Assembly: GCA_045594285.1 (NCBI GenBank)
Contig: JAZNYF010000006.1
Coordinates: 177,588 to 241,587 of the forward strand
Origin: Christensenellaceae bacterium
Lineage (GTDB): Bacteria; Bacillota; Clostridia; Christensenellales; Borkfalkiaceae
Reading direction: 5' to 3'
Length of the DNA stretch: 64,000 nucleotides
Part shown: one piece after another, positions 37,914 through 45,607 of the stretch
Position numbering within the stretch: the first letter of the stretch is position 1
How the letters are laid out: the number at the start of each line of letters is the position of its first letter
Notes under the pieces: model-generated
The model's input: the letters and a program-made list of their open reading frames with translations, nothing else
Told to the model about the DNA's origin: nothing
Database searches by the model: none
Position numbers and translations under genes: made by a program

Positions 37914-38426
37914 TTATTTTTCGACTAAATATCCTTTTTCTTTAAGTGCTTGTTCAACCTTATCTAAAACGGCTTTATTTTCCGCGCGTACCGTGTGAAA
38001 ATGTCTACCACCAGTAATATTCATAAGTTCGGCTGAAGACCCACTTTTAACCGTTTCAATAAACTTTTTCACTTGTTTTTCCGTCAAAATATTAAGCGGA
38101 GCGGAAATTTTACCATAAACGTCGTGCATAATGAAAACGTCGGCAGCAGTACCGCCACATTGAACTATCGTCAAAAGTTCGTCTTCCGTGCTATTTTTAT
38201 CGTGATAAACTTCAAACACACGCTCTAACAAGGGTGATTTTTTAAGCAAATACCCATAATGCGTAGAAACTATCGTATAACCAAGTTTTCTTAAATATGC
38301 AATATCTTGAACGATAATCTGTCTTGACACGCCGTACTTTTCTGCAAGAAAATCACCAGTAATCGCACGCTTTTCAGACGCCAATAATGCTGCTATATCT
38401 TTTTTTCTATCTTTTGCTTTCATCAT
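37914..38426 (-). CDS. niaR: Transcriptional repressor of NAD biosynthesis NiaR (YrxA type: HTH plus 3H domain)
   Basis: 170 aa with an N-terminal HTH (ITGDFLAEKYGVSRQIIVQDIAYLRKLGY) and a C-terminal 3H-like region. Last gene of the nadA-nadBC operon. Confidence 0.75.
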   Translation of the reverse strand: MMKAKDRKKDIAALLASEKRAITGDFLAEKYGVSRQIIVQDIAYLRKLGYTIVSTHYGYLLKKSPLLERVFEVYHDKNSTEDELLTIVQCGGTAADVFIMHDVYGKISAPLNILTEKQVKKFIETVKSGSSAELMNITGGRHFHTVRAENKAVLDKVEQALKEKGYLVEK

Positions 38427-38439
38427 GCTCTCCCTTTTG

Positions 38440-40554
38440 TTACACAGCGTGCAAGTTTTTTAGCGATAAGTCAAGTATCGGCGACGAATGAGTAAGTGCA
38501 CCACTTGAAATATAATCAACGCCAATATCGGTTAGTTTTGCCACGTTTTCTTTAGTAACGTTGCCGCTGCACTCTGTTTCAGCCTTACCCTTGCAAAGTT
38601 GAACGGCAGTTTTCATATCTTCAATGCACATGTTATCGAGCATAATAATATCTGCCCCTGCTTCTAAGGCTTCTTTAAGCATATCTAAGTTTTCAACTTC
38701 CACTTCGATTTTTCTAACGAACGGTGCGTATTCTTTAGCCATTTTAATTGCTTCTTTTACACCACCTGCCGCACCGATATGATTATCTTTAAGCAAAATG
38801 CCGTCGCTTAAATTATACCTATGATTGTAACCACCACCCACTTTAACAGCGTACTTTTCAAATACTCTCATATTCGGAGTGGTTTTTCTAGTATCTAAAA
38901 GTTTGGTTGAAGTACCTTCTAAAAGTTTTGCAATGGCCTTTGTGTAAGTAGCAATACCGCTCATTCTTTGAAGATAATTAAGCGCGGTTCTTTCACCTGA
39001 AAGCAACACTCTAATATCCCCACGAACAAACCCGATTTTTTGTCCTTTTTTAACTTCATCACCATCTTTTACAACAAACACAGACTTAGTATCCTTATCA
39101 AGAAGTTCAAAAACCCTTGCAAAAACGTCAAGCCCAGCAATTATACCGTCTTGCTTTGCAATCAAATCAACTTCACCCAAGCAATATTCGCGCATAACTG
39201 AATTTGTGGTAATATCTTCACTTGTAATGTCTTCTTTAAGCGCGCTTAAAATTAAATCGTCTGCATTTACTTTCATGCTTATATTATTCATAGTTTTCTT
39301 CCCTTTTTTTATAGCCGCTAACACAGCCCTTTTGTATTCTTCTTCAAAATTTTGATAAAGCGTGGGATGAAGTTCAAACTCGATTTCTTCCGCTTTCGTA
39401 TAATTTTTTATAATGTCTTTCGCTGCTCGTTTTGCAAAAACAAGGCTCTCAAGCAATGAATTGCTTGCCAAACGATTTTTTCCGTGAACACCGTTACACG
39501 AAGTTTCACCCACCGCGTACAACCTATCCATAGAAGTTTTACTGTCTAAATCAACGTCTATACCACCCATAAAGTAGTGTTGCGCTGGAACGACGGGTAT
39601 ACATTCTTTGGTAACGTCATAGCCCGCATCCAAACAATATTCGTAAATGTGCTGAAAGTGCTCTTTAATCACCTTCTGGGGAATAGGTTTCATTGACAAC
39701 CAAACGTGCTCGCTTCCTTCCTTTTCCATTTCATTAAAAATGGCTTTTGTAACGACGTCTCTCGGAAGAAGTTCATCAACAAACCTTTCGCCTTTGCCGT
39801 TTAAAAGTATCGCACCTTCCCCTCTAACAGACTCTGAAATAAGAAACTTTCTTCCGTTTGTCTTTTCATAAAAAGTAGTGGGATGTATTTGAATATAGTC
39901 TATATTTTCTATTCTTATATTGTTTTTTAAAGCGATAGCAAGCGCATCACCTTTAATGTGTCGATAATTAGTAGAATGTTCGTAAAGCCCACCAACACCG
40001 CCGGTTGCAAACACCGTATAGTCGGCAAAAATTTTTGAATATTCCCCGTCTTTATCTCGACCGATTACACCGTAACAAGTATTTTTCTTACTGATGACGT
40101 CAACCATTGTGTAATTTTCAATAAGCGTTACGTTTTTGAGATTTTTTACCGCATCTAATAGATGTGAAGTTATCTCTTTGCCTGTTTCGTCTTGATGAAA
40201 TAAAATTCTCGGTTTAGAATGTGCACCTTCCTTGGTGTAAGCAAAATCTTGACCGTCCTTTTCAAAGCGCACGCCGTAAGAAACGATTTCATCAATAACT
40301 TCTCGTGAAGAGCGTATCATTACGTCAACCGACGCTTTCCTATTTTCATAATGGCCAGCGCGCATCGTGTCTTCAAAAAAGGAATCGTAATCATCTTTAT
40401 CCCTTAAAACACAAATACCGCCTTGCGCCAAAAACGAATCACTTTTTTCAGCCTTGTCTTTACTTATTACTATTATGTTTTTATCTTTTGGCAAACTCAG
40501 TGCAGTAAAAAGTCCCGCAGCACCGCTACCTACTATTAGAATATCCGTTTTCAT
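38440..40554 (-). CDS. Fused L-aspartate oxidase (NadB) / nicotinate-nucleotide pyrophosphorylase (NadC)
   Basis: One 704-aa ORF. Residues 1 to ~420 are NadB-like (ILIVGSGAAGL, FLAQGGI, RLASNSLLE). Residues ~430 to 704 are NadC-like (ERTALNYLQRMSGIAT, LDTRKTTP, GGGYNHR, LLKDNH). Confidence 0.85.
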   Translation of the reverse strand: MKTDILIVGSGAAGLFTALSLPKDKNIIVISKDKAEKSDSFLAQGGICVLRDKDDYDSFFEDTMRAGHYENRKASVDVMIRSSREVIDEIVSYGVRFEKDGQDFAYTKEGAHSKPRILFHQDETGKEITSHLLDAVKNLKNVTLIENYTMVDVISKKNTCYGVIGRDKDGEYSKIFADYTVFATGGVGGLYEHSTNYRHIKGDALAIALKNNIRIENIDYIQIHPTTFYEKTNGRKFLISESVRGEGAILLNGKGERFVDELLPRDVVTKAIFNEMEKEGSEHVWLSMKPIPQKVIKEHFQHIYEYCLDAGYDVTKECIPVVPAQHYFMGGIDVDLDSKTSMDRLYAVGETSCNGVHGKNRLASNSLLESLVFAKRAAKDIIKNYTKAEEIEFELHPTLYQNFEEEYKRAVLAAIKKGKKTMNNISMKVNADDLILSALKEDITSEDITTNSVMREYCLGEVDLIAKQDGIIAGLDVFARVFELLDKDTKSVFVVKDGDEVKKGQKIGFVRGDIRVLLSGERTALNYLQRMSGIATYTKAIAKLLEGTSTKLLDTRKTTPNMRVFEKYAVKVGGGYNHRYNLSDGILLKDNHIGAAGGVKEAIKMAKEYAPFVRKIEVEVENLDMLKEALEAGADIIMLDNMCIEDMKTAVQLCKGKAETECSGNVTKENVAKLTDIGVDYISSGALTHSSPILDLSLKNLHAV

Positions 40555-40556
40555 TT

Positions 40557-41468
40557 CTACTTTGCTAGTTCCAACATCCTATCAAGCGGTTTTAACGCTT
40601 TAATTCTATCTTGTTCGTCAATAATAATTTCATTTTTACCGCTGATAAGTACTTCAATAACCTTTTCAAGCGTATTCTTCTTCATATCTTCACATATGGG
40701 CATAGGATTAACAAACACAAACTTCTTATCTGGGTTATCTTTTTGAAGTTGATATAAAACACCTACTTCCGTACAAATAATAAATTCTTTATTATCGCTA
40801 TTTTTAGCAAAACTGATAATGCCCGCCGTGCTGCCGATATAATCTGCAAGATTTAAAACTTCTTTAGTACATTCGGGATGAGCAAGAACGAGCGCGTTAG
40901 GATAAAGTGCTTTTTGTTCTTTAACTTGCTCAGCCGTCATAACCTTATGTCGCGGACAAAAACCGTCGTTTAAGATAACGTTCTTTTCAGGCACTTGCTC
41001 TTTTACGTAACGCCCAAGATTTTGGTCGGGTATAAAGAATATATTTTTATTCGGAAGTGCTTTAACGATTTTTACCGCATTAGAAGACGTTACACAAACG
41101 TCGCTTTGAGTTTTTAGTTTCAACACGGAATTTACGTAACAAACGACTGCTAAATCATCATATTCTTTTCTAAGCCTTTCAATCTCACCGTCTTTTACCA
41201 TGTGCGCCATCGGGCAATCAGCGGTTATATCAGGCATTAAAACTGTCTTTTGCGGATTAATAATCTTTGCGCTTTCTCCCATAAAAGAAACCCCGCAAAA
41301 AACGATTTTATCTTCCTTAATTTCTTTGGCAATCTTTGCAAGATAAAAAGAATCTCCTATATAATCGGCAATTTCTTGAATTTCATCCGAGCAATAATAA
41401 TGAGCCAAAATAACTGCATTTTTTTCCTTTTTCAAAAGTTCAATTTTCTTCACTAAATCACTTTTCAT
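40557..41468 (-). CDS. nadA: Quinolinate synthase
   Basis: 303 aa; AHYYCSDEIQEIADYIGDS and the three-cysteine cluster pattern of NadA. Confidence 0.9.
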   Translation of the reverse strand: MKSDLVKKIELLKKEKNAVILAHYYCSDEIQEIADYIGDSFYLAKIAKEIKEDKIVFCGVSFMGESAKIINPQKTVLMPDITADCPMAHMVKDGEIERLRKEYDDLAVVCYVNSVLKLKTQSDVCVTSSNAVKIVKALPNKNIFFIPDQNLGRYVKEQVPEKNVILNDGFCPRHKVMTAEQVKEQKALYPNALVLAHPECTKEVLNLADYIGSTAGIISFAKNSDNKEFIICTEVGVLYQLQKDNPDKKFVFVNPMPICEDMKKNTLEKVIEVLISGKNEIIIDEQDRIKALKPLDRMLELAK

Positions 41469-41675
41469 TCACATTATGCCCCATTTTAAATTTAATTCGA
41501 AATAATTATAACATTTGTAAAGTTTTAATGTCAACTTTTAACCAATTAAAATAATGAATATTTTTCGTCATTATTTGAATATATTCATTTTATAGTTATT
41601 TGTACCTAAATTTAATAAAAAAGCACTGTACCGTTTTCGGCACAATGCTAATATCTTTTGTTGTTTAGTTGTAAA

Positions 41676-41709
41676 CAAAAAAAACACAAGCACTTGTTTG
41701 TGCTTGTGT
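41676..41709 (-). terminator. Terminator after tRNA-Leu
   Basis: ACACAAGCAC-TTGTTT-GTGCTTGTGT (10 bp) followed on the minus strand by a U-run. A second hairpin lies at about 41628-41660. Confidence 0.7.
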
Positions 41710-41714
41710 TTTTT

Positions 41715-41797
41715 TGGTGTGAAGGATGGGACTTGAACCCACACGGATAACCATACGCCCCTCAAACGTACGCGTCTGCCAATTCCGCCACCCTCAC
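41715..41797 (-). tRNA. tRNA-Leu (anticodon GAG)
   Basis: Reverse complement is GTGAGGGTGGCGGAATTGGCAGACGCGTACGTTTGAGGGGCGTATGGTTATCCGTGTGGGTTCAAGTCCCATCCTTCACACCA. Long variable arm, anticodon loop TTGAGGG, encoded CCA. Confidence 0.85.
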
Positions 41798-41831
41798 GCG
41801 TTTCAGCCTTTATATATTACTCAAAATTTAA

Positions 41832-42407
41832 TCATTTGTCAAGGATATTTCCATATAATTTTTTATATTTTGAAAAAGTTTTTTTAATTTTCTTACCATA
41901 TTCAAGCGTTTCTTTATAAGCAACGAGTTGTAGATAAACACCGTCATCACTATATTCCTTATTTTTAAGCCATTCCCTAACCTTTCCTTCCCCAGCATTA
42001 TATGCGTAAATTGCAGACTCAATATTATTAAACTTATCTATCAAATATTTTAAATAAAAAGTTCCAAAATTGATATTTGTTTTTGCATCCATTATATCAT
42101 AACTTTTTTCGCCTTTAAGTTTTGCAATATAATCGGCGGTGCTTTTTGTTATTTGCATAAGCCCAAACGCACCCTTATTGCTAACCGCGCTCTCGTCAAA
42201 CTCACTTTCAACTTTTATCACTGCAAATATAAGCGCGCTATCCACCCCGTTTTCTTTTGCGGCGGCAAGCACTTCAGTCTTAAACTTAAGTGGATAGAAT
42301 AAATTTTTCTCTATTAAATTTACTAAGGACAGTGCTATTACCAAAACCATAATAACAGCACCGATAACCGCCAAAACTCTGCGGTAGTTCCAAATAGAAA
42401 AACGCAT
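41832..42407 (-). CDS. Lytic transglycosylase (SLT domain), membrane anchored
   Basis: N-terminal TM helix; catalytic block VIKVESEFDESAVSNKGAFGLMQI and downstream AYNAG. Confidence 0.8.
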   Translation of the reverse strand: MRFSIWNYRRVLAVIGAVIMVLVIALSLVNLIEKNLFYPLKFKTEVLAAAKENGVDSALIFAVIKVESEFDESAVSNKGAFGLMQITKSTADYIAKLKGEKSYDIMDAKTNINFGTFYLKYLIDKFNNIESAIYAYNAGEGKVREWLKNKEYSDDGVYLQLVAYKETLEYGKKIKKTFSKYKKLYGNILDK

Positions 42408-42443
42408 ACAACAAGTATATGCGTTTTATATCTTTTATAATCA

Positions 42444-43688
42444 TTATTTACCGTCTAAATCAGGGTTAAGTGTTATAATGTGCTCGCCCTTAATATCCGT
42501 TTCAGCGAACCTTTGGTCTTGCAAAACTGCCGCGCGCTTAACCGAATGATTGCCGTACTTTGCGCGAATTTTATCCACTGCCACATCAAGTCTATCTTTT
42601 TTTTCTTCCGACACACCGTCAAAATCAAAAGACAACTGCTCCGCCCCCACGCTAAACGAACTTACCGCAACGCCAAGCGCCCTTACGGGGTTTTCCCACT
42701 TATAAATTTCAGTAAACATTTTATAGCAAGCGTTTGCTATATCTGAAGTAGAACTTGTTGGAACGCTAAGTTTAACTTGCTTACCGAAGTTTTTAAGCGA
42801 GTTATCGGTAATTGAAAGTTTAACAGTACTTGCCTTGCCCACGCCACTTTCTCTTAATCTTGCCGCAACCGATTCCGCAAGCAGTAATATAAGCGTTTTT
42901 GCCTGCTCGAAAGTATATAAATCACGGTAAGAAGTAAGACTGTTACCTATACTTTTCACCCCTTCTTCCGCGCGCTTATCGGCAACAGGCGAATCATCTT
43001 CTCCGCTAGCGAAAACTTTAAGCGTATGCCCCCACACGCCGAGTAGCCGCGTCAAAACACTTTCATCAGTAGTAGCAATATCGCCGATGGTGTGTATGCC
43101 TATTGAATTTAGTTTGTTTTTTGTTGCTTTGCCTACGTAAAGCAATTCTTCCGCGGGCAAATTCCACACGGTTTTTTTATAATTTTCGGGTGAAATAATG
43201 GTGATTGCATCGGGTTTTTTCATATCCGAGCCGAGTTTAGCAAACACCTTGTTAAAACTTACACCTATACTGACCGTAACCCCTATTTCTTCTTTAACCG
43301 CCTTGCGAATTTGCTCGGCAATCTGCTCGCCAGAGCCGAAAATTCTAAGGCTGTCGGTAACGTCTAACCAGCACTCGTCAATACCGAAAGGTTCAATGTG
43401 GTCGGTAAAGCGCTCGTAAATAGCCCTAACCGCTTTAGACACCTTTAGATAGGACGGAAAATCAGCGGTAACGGTCATAAGTTTAGGGCATTTTTTCTTT
43501 GCTTGCCATAAAACTTCACCAGTTTTAACACCAAACTCTTTGGCGATTTGGTTTTTAGCCAAAACTATTCCGTGCCTATCTTCCACGCTACCGCAAACGG
43601 CAAGCGGAACGCTTTTTAAGTCGGGGTTTTTCATTACTTCAACCGACGCGTAAAAGTTATTCAAATCGCTGTGCAAAATCGTGCGCAT
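42444..43688 (-). CDS. dinB: DNA polymerase IV (Y-family)
   Basis: MRTILHSDLNNFYASVE, IDECWLDVT and SIGVSFNKVFAKL. Start trimmed to the ATG at 43686-43688. The 39 upstream codons in the track ORF have no RBS. Confidence 0.85.
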   Translation of the reverse strand: MRTILHSDLNNFYASVEVMKNPDLKSVPLAVCGSVEDRHGIVLAKNQIAKEFGVKTGEVLWQAKKKCPKLMTVTADFPSYLKVSKAVRAIYERFTDHIEPFGIDECWLDVTDSLRIFGSGEQIAEQIRKAVKEEIGVTVSIGVSFNKVFAKLGSDMKKPDAITIISPENYKKTVWNLPAEELLYVGKATKNKLNSIGIHTIGDIATTDESVLTRLLGVWGHTLKVFASGEDDSPVADKRAEEGVKSIGNSLTSYRDLYTFEQAKTLILLLAESVAARLRESGVGKASTVKLSITDNSLKNFGKQVKLSVPTSSTSDIANACYKMFTEIYKWENPVRALGVAVSSFSVGAEQLSFDFDGVSEEKKDRLDVAVDKIRAKYGNHSVKRAAVLQDQRFAETDIKGEHIITLNPDLDGK

Positions 43689-43873
43689 AACCCCAACCCT
43701 TCCTTTTTTCTTTATAAAGTTATTATACCACAAAGCCCGCGTTTTTACAACGGATAAAATAAAACACCACAAGCATTTTTGACAATATAAGTTTAGTTTT
43801 GCCAAATTATTCTATATATGCGTTTTTACTTTGCCCTATAATTACACTACTTAACTTGTCAATAGGGGGTACT

Positions 43874-44605
43874 ATGAAACGCGTTATATCTTTAATATTA
43901 GCGGTTATCTTTACGCTTTGCTGTTTTAGTTTTAAGATAACGCCCGCGCACGCTGACGCACTTTTTGCGCGAGTAATCACCGAAGACACCCCTTTTTACC
44001 AGACCGAATCTTCCATAGAACCGCTATTCTTTCTGCCTTACACCTATTACGTAAAAGTTATAAAATCGGGCGAAGAATTTACTCACGTTGAGTGTTACGG
44101 CGACGGCGACACCGCCGCTATCGACGGCTACGTTCCTACTGAAATGCTATTTTTTGACGGTTTAAGCGTTCAAAACCCCTTCGTTGTGTTGCAACTAACC
44201 ACGGTAAATACCGCAGTTTTGTATGAAGATGCAGCGCTTAATAAACAATCTCAATACGTATTTGAAAACCGCAAGTTAAACTATTACGGACACACCAATA
44301 CGTCTAGCGGAAAAGCGTATTTCGTAAGTTATAACGACCGTTTAGGTTATATAAAAGAAACGGACGTTTACCCCTTTTCTATCCCCAACCACCCCAACGA
44401 ACTTACCTTTTTAGTGCCAGAAGAACCCATTTTACCGCCTACCGAAAACACGCAGCAACAATCTAATAACGCCTTTTTTGGGCTAAAAGTTGCAATAATT
44501 ATATGTATATTATTTGCGGGCGTAGTAGCGCTGTTCTTTGCCCTATCAAAGCACCCCGATAGAAAGGCTGCCGCAACCTATTACGATGATAACGAATACG
44601 AATAA
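43874..44605 (+). CDS. Hypothetical secreted protein with SH3b-like repeats and a C-terminal membrane anchor
   Basis: Signal peptide MKRVISLILAVIFTLCCF..AHA and a C-terminal TM segment (VAIIICILFAGVVALFFAL). Start set to the ATG at 43874, after AGGGGG. Confidence 0.5.
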   Translation: MKRVISLILAVIFTLCCFSFKITPAHADALFARVITEDTPFYQTESSIEPLFFLPYTYYVKVIKSGEEFTHVECYGDGDTAAIDGYVPTEMLFFDGLSVQNPFVVLQLTTVNTAVLYEDAALNKQSQYVFENRKLNYYGHTNTSSGKAYFVSYNDRLGYIKETDVYPFSIPNHPNELTFLVPEEPILPPTENTQQQSNNAFFGLKVAIIICILFAGVVALFFALSKHPDRKAAATYYDDNEYE

Positions 44606-44610
44606 TTTTT

Positions 44611-45138
44611 TTATGCAGATAAACGCATCTTCTCTCTAGTAACTTTTGCAGTAGTGGGTTTTTTGTAAATGCTCTTTTTAGAATAACTATTTTCGTGCGC
44701 AATAGTTCTTTTAAGAAGTTCTCTAAAGAAGTCGATTTTAAGACAAGTTTGTTCAAACCACTCATCCGTAGTCCCATTTTTTTCAAAAAGTTCTGAAACC
44801 CTTTCAATAAGTCTAGTTTGTTTTCTAAAATACGCCCTGCTTTCAAAGTCAAAACCGTCAAAATACTCTTTGGGTTTGCGCTTAAAATACTTGTACTCAA
44901 TTAAGTCGATTTGTTCAAAATCTAATTTTTCAAGCACTTCATCAATTCTTATTTTAAGTGCAAAAAGCGTATCTTTTTGCTGGGTGTACTCAACAATTCT
45001 TTCACATTGAGTAATTGCCAAAGAATAATCGCACATAGACGATAGCGCCTTTTTTTCAACGATATCGTCAATTTGATCTGCAATATTTTGCAGGTTAGAA
45101 TACGCGTAAAGCGCGGTTTTAGCATAATTAACGTTCAT
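44611..45138 (-). CDS. Hypothetical cytoplasmic protein (175 aa), candidate SOS-regulated gene
   Basis: ORF with RBS AAGGAGAG and promoter TTGACT-18-TATAAT (45217-45188). A LexA box lies just upstream. I recognise no domain. Confidence 0.5.
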   Translation of the reverse strand: MNVNYAKTALYAYSNLQNIADQIDDIVEKKALSSMCDYSLAITQCERIVEYTQQKDTLFALKIRIDEVLEKLDFEQIDLIEYKYFKRKPKEYFDGFDFESRAYFRKQTRLIERVSELFEKNGTTDEWFEQTCLKIDFFRELLKRTIAHENSYSKKSIYKKPTTAKVTREKMRLSA

Positions 45139-45235
45139 TTTTATCTCTCCTTGTTTGCCCGAATTTTAAGCATAATTTATTAGCGCCATTATACTTTTGT
45201 GAAAATGCATAAGTCAATATTTTATGTCAACAAAA

Positions 45236-45249
45236 CGAACATTTGTTCG
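45236..45249. promoter_or_regulatory. LexA (Cheo/SOS) box
   Basis: CGAACATTTGTTCG is a perfect CGAAC-N4-GTTCG palindrome, the Gram-positive SOS operator core. It lies 19 bp upstream of the -35 of the 44611-45138 gene. Confidence 0.55.
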
Positions 45250-45571
45250 TATTTTATAGTTGAATAATAACGGTTTAATATGACACTTATTGACATAATA
45301 AACAAAGTTTTTCTGCTTTAAAAGGCAATTTCACAAAAAAACAAAGAAGAAAAACAAACGTTTTTGTCGATAAAAATTGATAGATATAATTTTATGACTT
45401 AAATTGTCGAAAGAAAAAATTAAATGCGTTTTTTTACTATTTTGTAGCCTTTTTGGCAAATAAAAGAAAATTATAAAAAATTTTGTAAAAGAGTGCCGCT
45501 TTTTTTTGGGCTCTTTTTCTTTTTACGCGTACACGCGCGCAAATTTTATACAAGAAAAGTGTTTAAATGTA

Positions 45572-45600
45572 TTGTAAATTTGCGTTTTATGTGATAAAAT
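45572..45600 (+). promoter_or_regulatory. Promoter of the 840-aa protein gene; predicted leaderless transcript
   Basis: TTGTAA (45572-45577), 17 nt, extended -10 TGaTAAAAT (45592-45600). The ATG at 45608 is 8 nt after the -10, with no SD sequence. Confidence 0.5.
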
Positions 45601-45607
45601 ATATGTT

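Noticed and set aside
41469-41560. NiaR operator upstream of nadA
   Set aside because: A promoter (TTGACA-18-TATAAT on the minus strand) is visible. I cannot recall the NiaR operator consensus reliably enough to call a site, so this needs a PWM scan.
41571-41765. 64-aa ORF overlapping tRNA-Leu, and the 79-aa ORF 18651-18890 overlapping tRNA-Gly
   Set aside because: Both run through tRNA genes and terminator hairpins, so they are non-coding.
43689-43873. LexA box upstream of dinB
   Set aside because: I searched by eye for GAAC-N4-GTTC on both strands of the dinB upstream region and found none. I therefore make no SOS claim for dinB itself.
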